49,599 nt of DNA from a bacterium. GTDB lineage: Bacteria; Patescibacteriota; Microgenomatia; Levybacterales; UBA12049. Numbering within the stretch: position 1 is the stretch's first letter; every line of letters begins with the position of its first letter. Where the stretch lies: contig JAKALS010000005.1 in the NCBI GenBank assembly GCA_021813145.1, positions 74,022-123,620 on the forward strand, given 5' to 3'. The notes beneath the pieces are model-generated. The model searched no databases. It had not been told where the DNA came from and saw only the letters and a program-made list of their open reading frames with translations. Shown one piece after another: positions 1 through 7,718 of the stretch. The position numbers and the translations under genes are program-made.

Positions 1-209
1 ACGGCGCTTATGCCTTCTGTCGTAGAAAGTTTCAAAAAATAATTCTTGTTATCTCTTTTAAGTATTGCGACTGCATGTCTTTTTTCCTGCCAGATTTTTT
101 CGACAGAAAAATTTTTCTCAAAAAATTTCCTAATTTTTTCAAGATCCAGATTGCGTCCCTGCCGGTAGTCAAGAAGTTTTCCATTCACGTTAACTTCAAA
201 AGCTTTCAT
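1..209 (-). CDS. hypothetical protein, N-terminal part only (gene runs off the left edge)
   Basis: A reverse-strand ATG (207-209) opens the frame MKAFEVNVNGKLLDYRQGRNLDLEKIRKFFEKNFSVEKIWQEKRHAVAILKRDNKNYFLKLSTTEGISA.., which is still open at position 1. It is absent from the ORF track because its stop is outside the window. No family recognised. Confidence 0.4.
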   Translation of the reverse strand, partial: MKAFEVNVNGKLLDYRQGRNLDLEKIRKFFEKNFSVEKIWQEKRHAVAILKRDNKNYFLKLSTTEGISA

Positions 210-280
210 TAAGTAAATTATAGCAATAAATGAGTCATACCGGCCTGGTGTTGAATTTAAGAATATGCTACGATTGATGT

Positions 281-562
281 ATGAACTGTACGCCTACGGA
301 ATTGGGTTGTATTCCTAATGATCCGGTTGGATTTGTATCCAAATTTTACGGGATAGGTTTAAGCGCAATAGCCGGGGTAGCTCTGATTTTTTTGATATAC
401 GGGGGATATACTATTCTTTCTTCGCAGGGGAATCCTCAGAGTTTAAATAAAGGGAAAAGCTATATTATGTATGCAATTATAGGCATATTGTTTGCTGTTT
501 TGGGATTTGTGTTTATCCAAATAATAGCCGTTAACGTTTTGGGAATTCCGGGTTTTAAGTAG
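281..562 (+). CDS. TrbC/VirB2-like (T4SS-type) pilin-like small membrane protein
   Basis: 93 aa. A Cys-containing head (CTPTELGCIPNDP) is followed by two hydrophobic helices (IGLSAIAGVALIFLIYGGYTIL and YIMYAIIGILFAVLGFVFIQIIAV) separated by the polar loop SSQGNPQSLNKGK. This is the layout of T4SS pilins common in CPR genomes. An in-frame TGA at 275-277 leaves no room for a signal peptide. Confidence 0.45.
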   Translation: MNCTPTELGCIPNDPVGFVSKFYGIGLSAIAGVALIFLIYGGYTILSSQGNPQSLNKGKSYIMYAIIGILFAVLGFVFIQIIAVNVLGIPGFK

Positions 563-565
563 AAT

Positions 566-2896
566 ATGAAACTGCCCTTTCGATTAAGAATCAGAAAGTA
601 TGAATTAAGAATTACGAATTCAAAAAAAATTCTTCTGGTTTTTGCTTTAATTCTCGCTTCTTTATTTTTTGTCCATGCCTCCCATGCCTTTGCGCAAGCC
701 GCACCGAGTCCTTCTTCTGTCCCGGCCGACGGTACATGGGTGCAGGATCCGGATGTAACTTTTGTAGGTAAAGTAGGAGCAAGGGCAGGTTCTTTTCTGG
801 ATTGGACTCTGCAAAATTACAACTGGTCTTTTGTTTCCGGGGGCCAAAATCCGCTGGCTTCATTTTGGGTGACAATCAGGAATATCGTTTATGCCTTTCT
901 TATTCTTTTTATCCTGATTACGGCATTTATTTTAATAGTTACAAGAGGTAAGAGTGTCACGATTATGCGGTTTATTCCGAGATTTATCCTTGTGATTTTG
1001 CTTATTACTTTTTCCTTCGCCCTTACCCAGTTTATTTATCAGATTATCGATATAATCCAGGGGTTTTTCCTTGTAAACCCCGACCCTAGTACCGTGGCCG
1101 CCCACCCTTATATATGGCAGGGAAACCTTTTATATATAGGTTTTGATTACCAGAATTTTATAGGGTACAGAAGATACGGGCTCCCTTTTGACGAATCCGC
1201 TTTTATTTCCCTTCTTCTGGTAAAGCTTACCGCCATTACTTATTACGTTATGGTCGGAGTTTTGCTCCTTCGAAAAATAATACTCTGGTTTTTTATAATT
1301 ATTTCTCCGATTTTCCCTTTGCTTTTACTGCACTCTCCGATAAGAAATACCGCAAAAATATGGATAGGAGAATTTTTCAGGTGGCTTTTATATGCTCCTC
1401 TTTTTTCGATATTTCTTTCAGGCCTTGTTTATATTTGGAGAAGCGGAATTCCGCTTAAATTTAATTTTGATAATTCGGTTGTTTACCCGACGGCAATAAA
1501 TATTTTACTCGGCGGTCCGGGTCAGACTCTTTCGATGAATAACAGCGTAAATAACGCCAATACGTTTGCCCTTTATGTGGTAGCGCTTCTTATGCTTTGG
1601 GTAGTCATTATTCTGCCGTTTTTACTTTTGCAGATTTTCCTCGATTACATGGGTTCGATATCTTTGGGTGAAAATAATTGGGTCAAGCAGCTTGTAACTT
1701 CCGGCTCGTCATTTGTCGGACGGGGACAACCCCCGGCTCCTGCCCCTTTGCCTTCGCAGCCTGCAGGAATAGCCAGAAGCATTCCTTTTACGGCAAAAGT
1801 GGAAATACCGGAAATACGCTCCGAGAATCTTTCTTCAAGTCTTGCCAATTTACACTCTGTTTCGCAAAGCAGCGAAATTCTGCAGCTTACAAATCTTTCT
1901 ATTCCCACAATGAGAGATATTGCAAAGTATGAGACTTCCGCTATTTCCTCGGATATATCAAGACATCAGGAAATTGCAAAAATGCACGAAACCCTGGAAA
2001 GAATTGCGAATCCGGCCGTAATGGGAGGAATGGATAAGCAGAAGTACGCAATCGTTAAAGACAAATTAATGCAGGAGCAGCAAAAGGGAAATCCCGTTGC
2101 GACTTCCATACTTTCGGCCGCAAATACCGTTTCATCATCGTCTACTACCTCCATTCTCTCCAAAGAGCAGGATACGACAAAATTAAATACGGCGCTTACG
2201 CATATAGCAAATCCCGATTTTGCGGATCCTCTGGAAAAACAGAAGCTTCTTACCATTAAACAGCATCTTGAAGACGCCGAAAAAACAGGTGACCCTCTCG
2301 CAACATCCATACTCTCTTCCGTTAGAAAAGGGAAGGCAGACGCGGATCTTAAGGAAAAACTTAAAGAAGCAAAAGACAAAGGCAATTCGCTTGCCGCAAT
2401 GATTCTGGCAGAAGCGGGCATAGCGGACCTAAAGAAAGCCTCCGCCGGCTCGTTCCCGGTTGTAAACAGGGTGCAGTCCGTAAATCTTGACGATTACGAG
2501 GCCGTAAAGAAGATGTGGGTTGAAAATTACCAGAAACTCGAACCTCCAAAAGCATTGGGCAAAGACAGAAGCAGGAAAGAATGGCTAACCGCCGATGTCT
2601 CAAGAATCAACGAAACTATTAATCTTCTCGTCTCTTCCGACCCTCAAAATGTAAAGAAAGGAATGGAATCGGTAGGGACAATCCTTCCGTTTCTCTTGAT
2701 AGGAGGATTTTCCCAGACGGAGGTAATAGCTTATCTTAAGGCAAAACTGGAAGCGGCAAAAGAAGTTTTGTCTTCCATCTCAAACAAAGAAGAGGAAGAA
2801 GACACAGCTTTAGATAAAAACAATAAAAAGGAAGAAAAACCCAAGGAAATGCAGGAGCAGGAGGAAACTGGGCAAGATTTGGGAGGGAATAATTGA
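566..2896 (+). CDS. polytopic membrane protein with repeat-containing hydrophilic tail (VirB6/TrbL-like by position and topology only)
   Basis: 776 aa. Signal-like N-terminus (LILASLFFVHASHAFA/QAAP), about six hydrophobic helices in the first ~360 residues, then a ~400-aa charged tail. The tail holds three copies of a ~45-aa repeat (IANP..[DE]KQK....K..L....K.G[ND]P.ATSILS). It starts 3 nt after the pilin-like gene. Confidence 0.35.
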   Translation: MKLPFRLRIRKYELRITNSKKILLVFALILASLFFVHASHAFAQAAPSPSSVPADGTWVQDPDVTFVGKVGARAGSFLDWTLQNYNWSFVSGGQNPLASFWVTIRNIVYAFLILFILITAFILIVTRGKSVTIMRFIPRFILVILLITFSFALTQFIYQIIDIIQGFFLVNPDPSTVAAHPYIWQGNLLYIGFDYQNFIGYRRYGLPFDESAFISLLLVKLTAITYYVMVGVLLLRKIILWFFIIISPIFPLLLLHSPIRNTAKIWIGEFFRWLLYAPLFSIFLSGLVYIWRSGIPLKFNFDNSVVYPTAINILLGGPGQTLSMNNSVNNANTFALYVVALLMLWVVIILPFLLLQIFLDYMGSISLGENNWVKQLVTSGSSFVGRGQPPAPAPLPSQPAGIARSIPFTAKVEIPEIRSENLSSSLANLHSVSQSSEILQLTNLSIPTMRDIAKYETSAISSDISRHQEIAKMHETLERIANPAVMGGMDKQKYAIVKDKLMQEQQKGNPVATSILSAANTVSSSSTTSILSKEQDTTKLNTALTHIANPDFADPLEKQKLLTIKQHLEDAEKTGDPLATSILSSVRKGKADADLKEKLKEAKDKGNSLAAMILAEAGIADLKKASAGSFPVVNRVQSVNLDDYEAVKKMWVENYQKLEPPKALGKDRSRKEWLTADVSRINETINLLVSSDPQNVKKGMESVGTILPFLLIGGFSQTEVIAYLKAKLEAAKEVLSSISNKEEEEDTALDKNNKKEEKPKEMQEQEETGQDLGGNN

Positions 2897-2916
2897 TATA
2901 ATTATTTAAACTGCCT

Positions 2917-5445
2917 ATGCTTGGAAATCTATTTACTACAAAAAAATATGTCGGCGAAGAAGCACCCCCTGTTTTAAATAATCAGCCTGTTCAACAACCC
3001 CCACAAATACAACAACAGGAAAAAGACATTGTAGGCTCTTCCATGACTCCCGTGACCCGCCAGGATTTATCGGTTCTTTCGCATCTTGACACAAGGGCTT
3101 CCGCCGTTTTGTCGCAAGCCGAAAAAGAGGCAAAAAGAATCAAGCAGTCGTTGATAGAACCCGAGCAGATTTTAATAGGTCTTACTTTTGACGGCGAAAT
3201 ATTTTCCCTGCTTTCCAAATTTTCGGTAAATGTCGCGGCTTTGTCGTCGGAAATAAGTTCAAAAGAAAAAACGGGAACTTTTGAAGGGAGTCCGACTTTA
3301 AGTGAAATATCAAAACAGATTTTTGAAAAAGCTTATTCGATGGTAAAAGAAAGGGGAGTCGAATTCGTAAGCCCCGAGGATTTGCTGGTCGCGCTTTTCG
3401 AGCAGAATGTTTCGGTTTCCTCGCTTCTGCGGTCTCAGGGTATTGAGAAAGATAAGATAGAAGCGGAACTGACAAAGTCCACAAGCTTTGTCTACGGAAA
3501 AAAATCCGCTCTTGAGACATACGGATTAGACTTAACCGAAGAGGCAAAAAACGGCGGACTGGACCCGATAACGGGAAGAGACAGGGAGGTCGAAAGAGTA
3601 GTCCACATACTTTTAAGAAGAAGTAAAAATAACCCGATTATCATAGGAGAGGCGGGAGTAGGCAAAACTGCAATAGTAGAAGGATTGGCCCAGGAAATAG
3701 TTACCGGAAAAGCCCCAAAAGATTTACAGAACAAAAAAATAATACAGCTTGATTTGTCGTCTATGGTTGCGGGAGCGTCTCATCGGGGGGAATTTGAGGA
3801 AAGGCTAAGGAGCGTAATAAAAGAAACCCAGGCGGCCGGAAATGTGATACTTTTTATAGACGAAATACATACATTAATAGGGGCCGGCGATACGGAGGGT
3901 GCTTTGGACGCTTCGAACATCATAAAACCCTTTTTAGCAAGAGGACAACTTCAATTAATAGGGACTACAACGACAATGGAGTATAGAAAGCATTTTGAAA
4001 AAGACAAAGCATTCGAGAGAAGGTTCCAGCCGGTAACCGTCGACGAGCCGGACGAAGAAACTGCAGTTTTGATGCTTAACGTCTTAAAACAAAAATACGA
4101 AAATTTCCATAAAGTTGTAATAACGCCGGAGGCGATAAGCGCGTCGGTGAAACTTTCCAAAAGATATATCGGAGAAAGATATCTCCCGGACAAGGCCGTA
4201 GACTTACTCGACGAAGCAGCCGCAGAGGTGAGACTGGAAGACCAGAACGGGAAAAGGGCAAATAATAACGTTACCGAAGAAGACGTCCAAAAAATAGTAT
4301 CAAGCTGGACCGGGATTCCAATAACAAAACTCACCGAAAACGAGAGCGAAAAGCTCCTGCACCTGGAAGATCTTATCCATAAAAGGCTGATAGACCAGGA
4401 AGTTGCGGTTTCGACCGTAGCCGAGGCGGTAAGAAGAGGAAGAATAGGCCTTTCAAATGCCAACAGGCCGATTGCCTCGTTTATTTTCTTAGGCCCTACC
4501 GGTGTGGGAAAAACGGAGCTGGCAAAAACCCTCGCATCGATACTTTTCGGAAAAGAAGAGGCGATGATAAGGCTTGATATGAGCGAATACATGGAAAAGC
4601 ACGAAGTCGCAAAATTAATAGGAGCCCCTCCCGGATATGTAGGTTACGAAGAAGGCGGGCAACTGACCGAAGCGGTAAGGGCAAAGCCTTACTCGATAGT
4701 TCTTTTGGACGAGGTTGAAAAAGCACACCCCGACGTATTTAATATTTTACTCCAGCTTTTGGAAGACGGGAGGCTTACCGATAACAAGGGAAACACTGTC
4801 TCATTCAAAAATACGATCGTTATAGCAACTTCAAATATTGGAAGCGCTTTAATCCAGCAGCAGCTTTCCCAAGCTTTTGCCCAGGCGCCGGGAGAATCGC
4901 AGGAAGAATTGGAAAAGAAGAAATTCGATGATCTGTCAAAAATTCTTGTGGGAGAGCTCAGGAAGTTTTTCAGGCCGGAACTTTTAAACAGATTTGACGG
5001 GGTGGTGATTTTTGAGCCCCTGGCCCAAAAAGATATGGTTGAAGTCGCAAAACTTCAGGCGGAAGGAACGAGGAAGCTTTTGTTAGCCCAGGATATCGAC
5101 ATGGAACTTTCACAAAACGCACTTTCACAGCTTGCAAAAGAAGGCTACGATCCCGTCTACGGGGCAAGGCCTCTAAGAAGGCTGATACAAACGGGGATAG
5201 AAAATCCGATAGCCGTTCTTATAATCAATAAAACTTTCCAAAAAGGGGATAAGATTCTCGTCGACTACGACGCGGCAAAAGACGAATTTACGTTTACAAA
5301 ATCGGTACAGGTAGCGCCTCAGGAATTACCCCAAAATAACGGAGTAGAGCAACCGGTAATAAAAGAAGTTCCTCCGCCTTATCAGGATCCCGTTCAACCG
5401 GACGGAACGCAAATGCAGCCGCAAAATTCCCAAAATTCTTTATGA
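2917..5445 (+). CDS. Clp/Hsp100-family double-ring AAA+ ATPase lacking the coiled-coil M-domain
   Basis: 842 aa with a Clp_N-like repeat. D1 has Walker A GEAGVGKTAIVEGLAQ and Walker B ILFIDEIHTL. D2 has Walker A GPTGVGKTELAKTLA, Walker B IVLLDEVEKAH and sensor-2 GARPLRR. The D1-D2 junction is short (LDEAAAEVRLEDQNGKRANNNVTEEDVQKIVSSWTGIP). There are Q/P-rich N- and C-terminal extensions. Confidence 0.9.
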   Translation: MLGNLFTTKKYVGEEAPPVLNNQPVQQPPQIQQQEKDIVGSSMTPVTRQDLSVLSHLDTRASAVLSQAEKEAKRIKQSLIEPEQILIGLTFDGEIFSLLSKFSVNVAALSSEISSKEKTGTFEGSPTLSEISKQIFEKAYSMVKERGVEFVSPEDLLVALFEQNVSVSSLLRSQGIEKDKIEAELTKSTSFVYGKKSALETYGLDLTEEAKNGGLDPITGRDREVERVVHILLRRSKNNPIIIGEAGVGKTAIVEGLAQEIVTGKAPKDLQNKKIIQLDLSSMVAGASHRGEFEERLRSVIKETQAAGNVILFIDEIHTLIGAGDTEGALDASNIIKPFLARGQLQLIGTTTTMEYRKHFEKDKAFERRFQPVTVDEPDEETAVLMLNVLKQKYENFHKVVITPEAISASVKLSKRYIGERYLPDKAVDLLDEAAAEVRLEDQNGKRANNNVTEEDVQKIVSSWTGIPITKLTENESEKLLHLEDLIHKRLIDQEVAVSTVAEAVRRGRIGLSNANRPIASFIFLGPTGVGKTELAKTLASILFGKEEAMIRLDMSEYMEKHEVAKLIGAPPGYVGYEEGGQLTEAVRAKPYSIVLLDEVEKAHPDVFNILLQLLEDGRLTDNKGNTVSFKNTIVIATSNIGSALIQQQLSQAFAQAPGESQEELEKKKFDDLSKILVGELRKFFRPELLNRFDGVVIFEPLAQKDMVEVAKLQAEGTRKLLLAQDIDMELSQNALSQLAKEGYDPVYGARPLRRLIQTGIENPIAVLIINKTFQKGDKILVDYDAAKDEFTFTKSVQVAPQELPQNNGVEQPVIKEVPPPYQDPVQPDGTQMQPQNSQNSL

Positions 5446-7304
5446 ACCTTAAAAAGTTCAAAAATTTTTTAATTAAACGGAAAACTTATTTTATTTTGGG
5501 GATAATAATTTTTATTCTTTTTGTTGTTTCTTCGGCTTTTCTAATAAATACTCTTAAAACAAAAGAAACGGCAGACAAAACTTGGCAGATAGAAGTTAAC
5601 TACAGCCACAGCAAAAAAAAATTTTCGCTATCAAAAATAAGCCTTATAAACGGGAAATACATTCCGGATCAAAGAGCGGCTTTATATTCCCCTTACAATC
5701 TAAAAGTTTTTGATAATAGCGGAAAAGAAATCTTTTCCGAGAAGGTTAATCTTTCCCAGGAGATACTCTACGATTATTTCAACAGCGCTTCGGCGAGCTC
5801 TTCTTTTACGAATGATGTTAAATCGGTATTTTTTGTTCCTTTCGGTGCAGATTCCTCGAAAATAATTATCTACAAAGGCAATACGGATATCCTGGAAATA
5901 AATCTTCCCAAAAAAACCTCTTACGGTTTTACTCCTAAGGCATATGCCCAAACCGCCAGTATTTCCTGCGGCCCCGTAACTACGGTTTTTATAAACGATA
6001 ATTATACAAATACCAATCAGTTTAAATCGGATGTTTCTTATCTTGAAAATCTATACAACACGACCCCTCCTTATAACGTAAGCCCGAGTATTTTCGATTT
6101 TAAAGAAGTGGACCAGGCGCAAAACTTCGGCTGTGCAACTTCGGGGATAAAATGGTGTATAGAAAATAAGATTTCCAATATAAAAACAGCGGGTCTTGCC
6201 TCTTATCCTTCCGCGCAAAAATTTATAGTATTGGTAAATAACCCCAATGCTTTGTCGGTTGACGGGGGGCTCGCTGGCCTTGTCAACGGAGTGGGGGGAG
6301 ATACGATAATCTATACGAATTTTATATACCCGGGTCCTACGGGCGCAAAGCCCTTTGCCGCCGCTTCCCATGAGCTTGAAGGACACGCAGTCGGTTACCT
6401 TTGGGACAGATACGTTTCAAGCGATCCCAATTATTCTTCGATACCCGCCGGGTTTCCGCAAAGCAACTGCTCGACGGGTCCCCAGGGTGAAAGTTTCTGG
6501 CCCCAGGCGGGTTCAACGGGAGTTTACAAAGGGTGCGCGAACGGCAGCCAGTACGCTCCGTATCCTTTAACCTGCCGGTCGCAAACTCCCGCTTTAATAA
6601 GCGGAGGGACAAACAATACGATAATGAGTGCGATAGGTTGTTCGCCGAATGAGTTCGACCCGGTCGAGCAGGCGTGGATTAAAAATAATATTCTTCCTTA
6701 TTACAAACCCTGTTCGGGAGGACCTGTCCAGACAATTTCTCCAAGTCCCGTTCCGACAACTTCCCCTTCTTTGACTCCCTCGCCGACTGGTTCTCCGACT
6801 CCTGTTCCCGTTGTGCATTCCATAAACGGAAATGCTTTTGTCGATTCGAACAACAACGGCCAAAAAGACAGCAACGAACAAAATTTTCAAGGTCTTACGG
6901 TCACACTTTCCGGCCCCTATTCCGGTTCTTTGGTAACAGACTCTTCGGGAAATTATTCATTTAGTAACGTCCCCGAAGGACAATACACGATAAGCGCTAA
7001 TGATTCTTATTATCATATTAGCTTTGGCTCCCATACATTTACGGTAACCGCAAACACCCTGGCGTTTACAATAAATTTTCCCATTCCTCCTTCGGCGTTG
7101 AATACCCCAACGGCCGAACCCACGCTGGTTTCTCCCTCTCCAACACAAAGTCCCGCGCCTTTCCCGACTATCCAGGCAACAGAGGTGACTCCCACTCCTG
7201 CTCCTATTCCTTCGGCCGCAAGTTATACCTGTGTTTTTGATCCTTCATGTCAAACGGGGCAAAGCTCCATCCAGATATGTCCTTTAAAATGCACTCCGAA
7301 TTAA
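5442..7304 (+). CDS. membrane-anchored secreted protein with M64-like (atypical) and Cna-B/SdrD-like domains
   Basis: 620 aa, with an ATGA overlap onto the upstream gene. TM anchor YFILGIIIFILFVVSSAFLI. The segment FIVLVNNP..VDGGLAG..(x)..SHELEGHAVGYLWDRY is reminiscent of Peptidase_M64 but reads HExxxH. PT/SP linkers (PSPVPTTSPSLTPSPTGSPTPVP). Cna-B-like signature DSNNNGQKDSNEQNFQGLTVTLSG..SGNYSFSNVPEGQYT. Confidence 0.5.
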   Translation: MNLKKFKNFLIKRKTYFILGIIIFILFVVSSAFLINTLKTKETADKTWQIEVNYSHSKKKFSLSKISLINGKYIPDQRAALYSPYNLKVFDNSGKEIFSEKVNLSQEILYDYFNSASASSSFTNDVKSVFFVPFGADSSKIIIYKGNTDILEINLPKKTSYGFTPKAYAQTASISCGPVTTVFINDNYTNTNQFKSDVSYLENLYNTTPPYNVSPSIFDFKEVDQAQNFGCATSGIKWCIENKISNIKTAGLASYPSAQKFIVLVNNPNALSVDGGLAGLVNGVGGDTIIYTNFIYPGPTGAKPFAAASHELEGHAVGYLWDRYVSSDPNYSSIPAGFPQSNCSTGPQGESFWPQAGSTGVYKGCANGSQYAPYPLTCRSQTPALISGGTNNTIMSAIGCSPNEFDPVEQAWIKNNILPYYKPCSGGPVQTISPSPVPTTSPSLTPSPTGSPTPVPVVHSINGNAFVDSNNNGQKDSNEQNFQGLTVTLSGPYSGSLVTDSSGNYSFSNVPEGQYTISANDSYYHISFGSHTFTVTANTLAFTINFPIPPSALNTPTAEPTLVSPSPTQSPAPFPTIQATEVTPTPAPIPSAASYTCVFDPSCQTGQSSIQICPLKCTPN

Positions 7305-7390
7305 AATTCAGAATTTGACGCTAGGTAACAAATCTTTTACACTTAAACTAACTGCCCCTCCTTCGCCAAGGCTCCGGAAGGGCAAGCCGT

Positions 7391-7717
7391 ATGGGATTAC
7401 TTTTATTGCCTTTTGAATTTTTAAAATTCTGGTTTTTTGAAGCACCTTTTTCGCTCATTTCTTTTTTCGTATCCCTGAACAAGGCGTTTTTACAGCTTTT
7501 TTCGCTGCCTCTTCTTATAAGAACGTATTTTAAGCCCTGGAAAAACGAATACAGGCAGGGACTCGTGGGGTTTTCCATAGGCATGGGGATGTTTATTAAA
7601 AGTTTCGTAATAATTGCCGACTTGGCGCTTTTGCTGCTTCTTTTATGCGTTGAAGTTTTTTTATTTTTTGCATTTTTAGTCTGGCCGTTGGGGACTGTTT
7701 ATATTCTTTTTATCTGA
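7391..7717 (+). CDS. small hydrophobic membrane protein
   Basis: 108 aa, almost entirely hydrophobic helices (FSLISFFVSL.., FVIIADLALLLLLLCVEVFLFFAFLVWPLGTVYILFI). Its stop is 1 nt before the next gene. Confidence 0.5.
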   Translation: MGLLLLPFEFLKFWFFEAPFSLISFFVSLNKAFLQLFSLPLLIRTYFKPWKNEYRQGLVGFSIGMGMFIKSFVIIADLALLLLLLCVEVFLFFAFLVWPLGTVYILFI

Positions 7718-7718
7718 T

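Noticed and set aside
3951-4592. 213-aa reverse-strand ORF, together with many similar antisense ORFs. Examples are 612-875, 1966-2421, 8633-8968, 16151-16900, 16312-16722, 20897-21565, 25763-26074, 26593-27036, 28206-28688 and 29040-29447.
   Set aside because: They lie wholly inside long, motif-supported genes on the other strand. They have low-complexity or Ser/Phe/Leu-rich translations and no recognisable motifs, so they are antisense shadow ORFs.
6361-6420. Calling the 5442-7304 protein an active HEXXH metallopeptidase
   Set aside because: The motif is HELEGH (HExxxH), not HEXXH. Only an M64-like resemblance is reported.
7300-7390. Possible terminator or structured RNA (GCCCCTCCTTCGCCAAGGCTCCGGAAGGGC) after the 5442-7304 gene
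   Set aside because: Only a 5-bp CCTTC/GAAGG stem with a 12-nt loop and no U-tract is present, which is not convincing.
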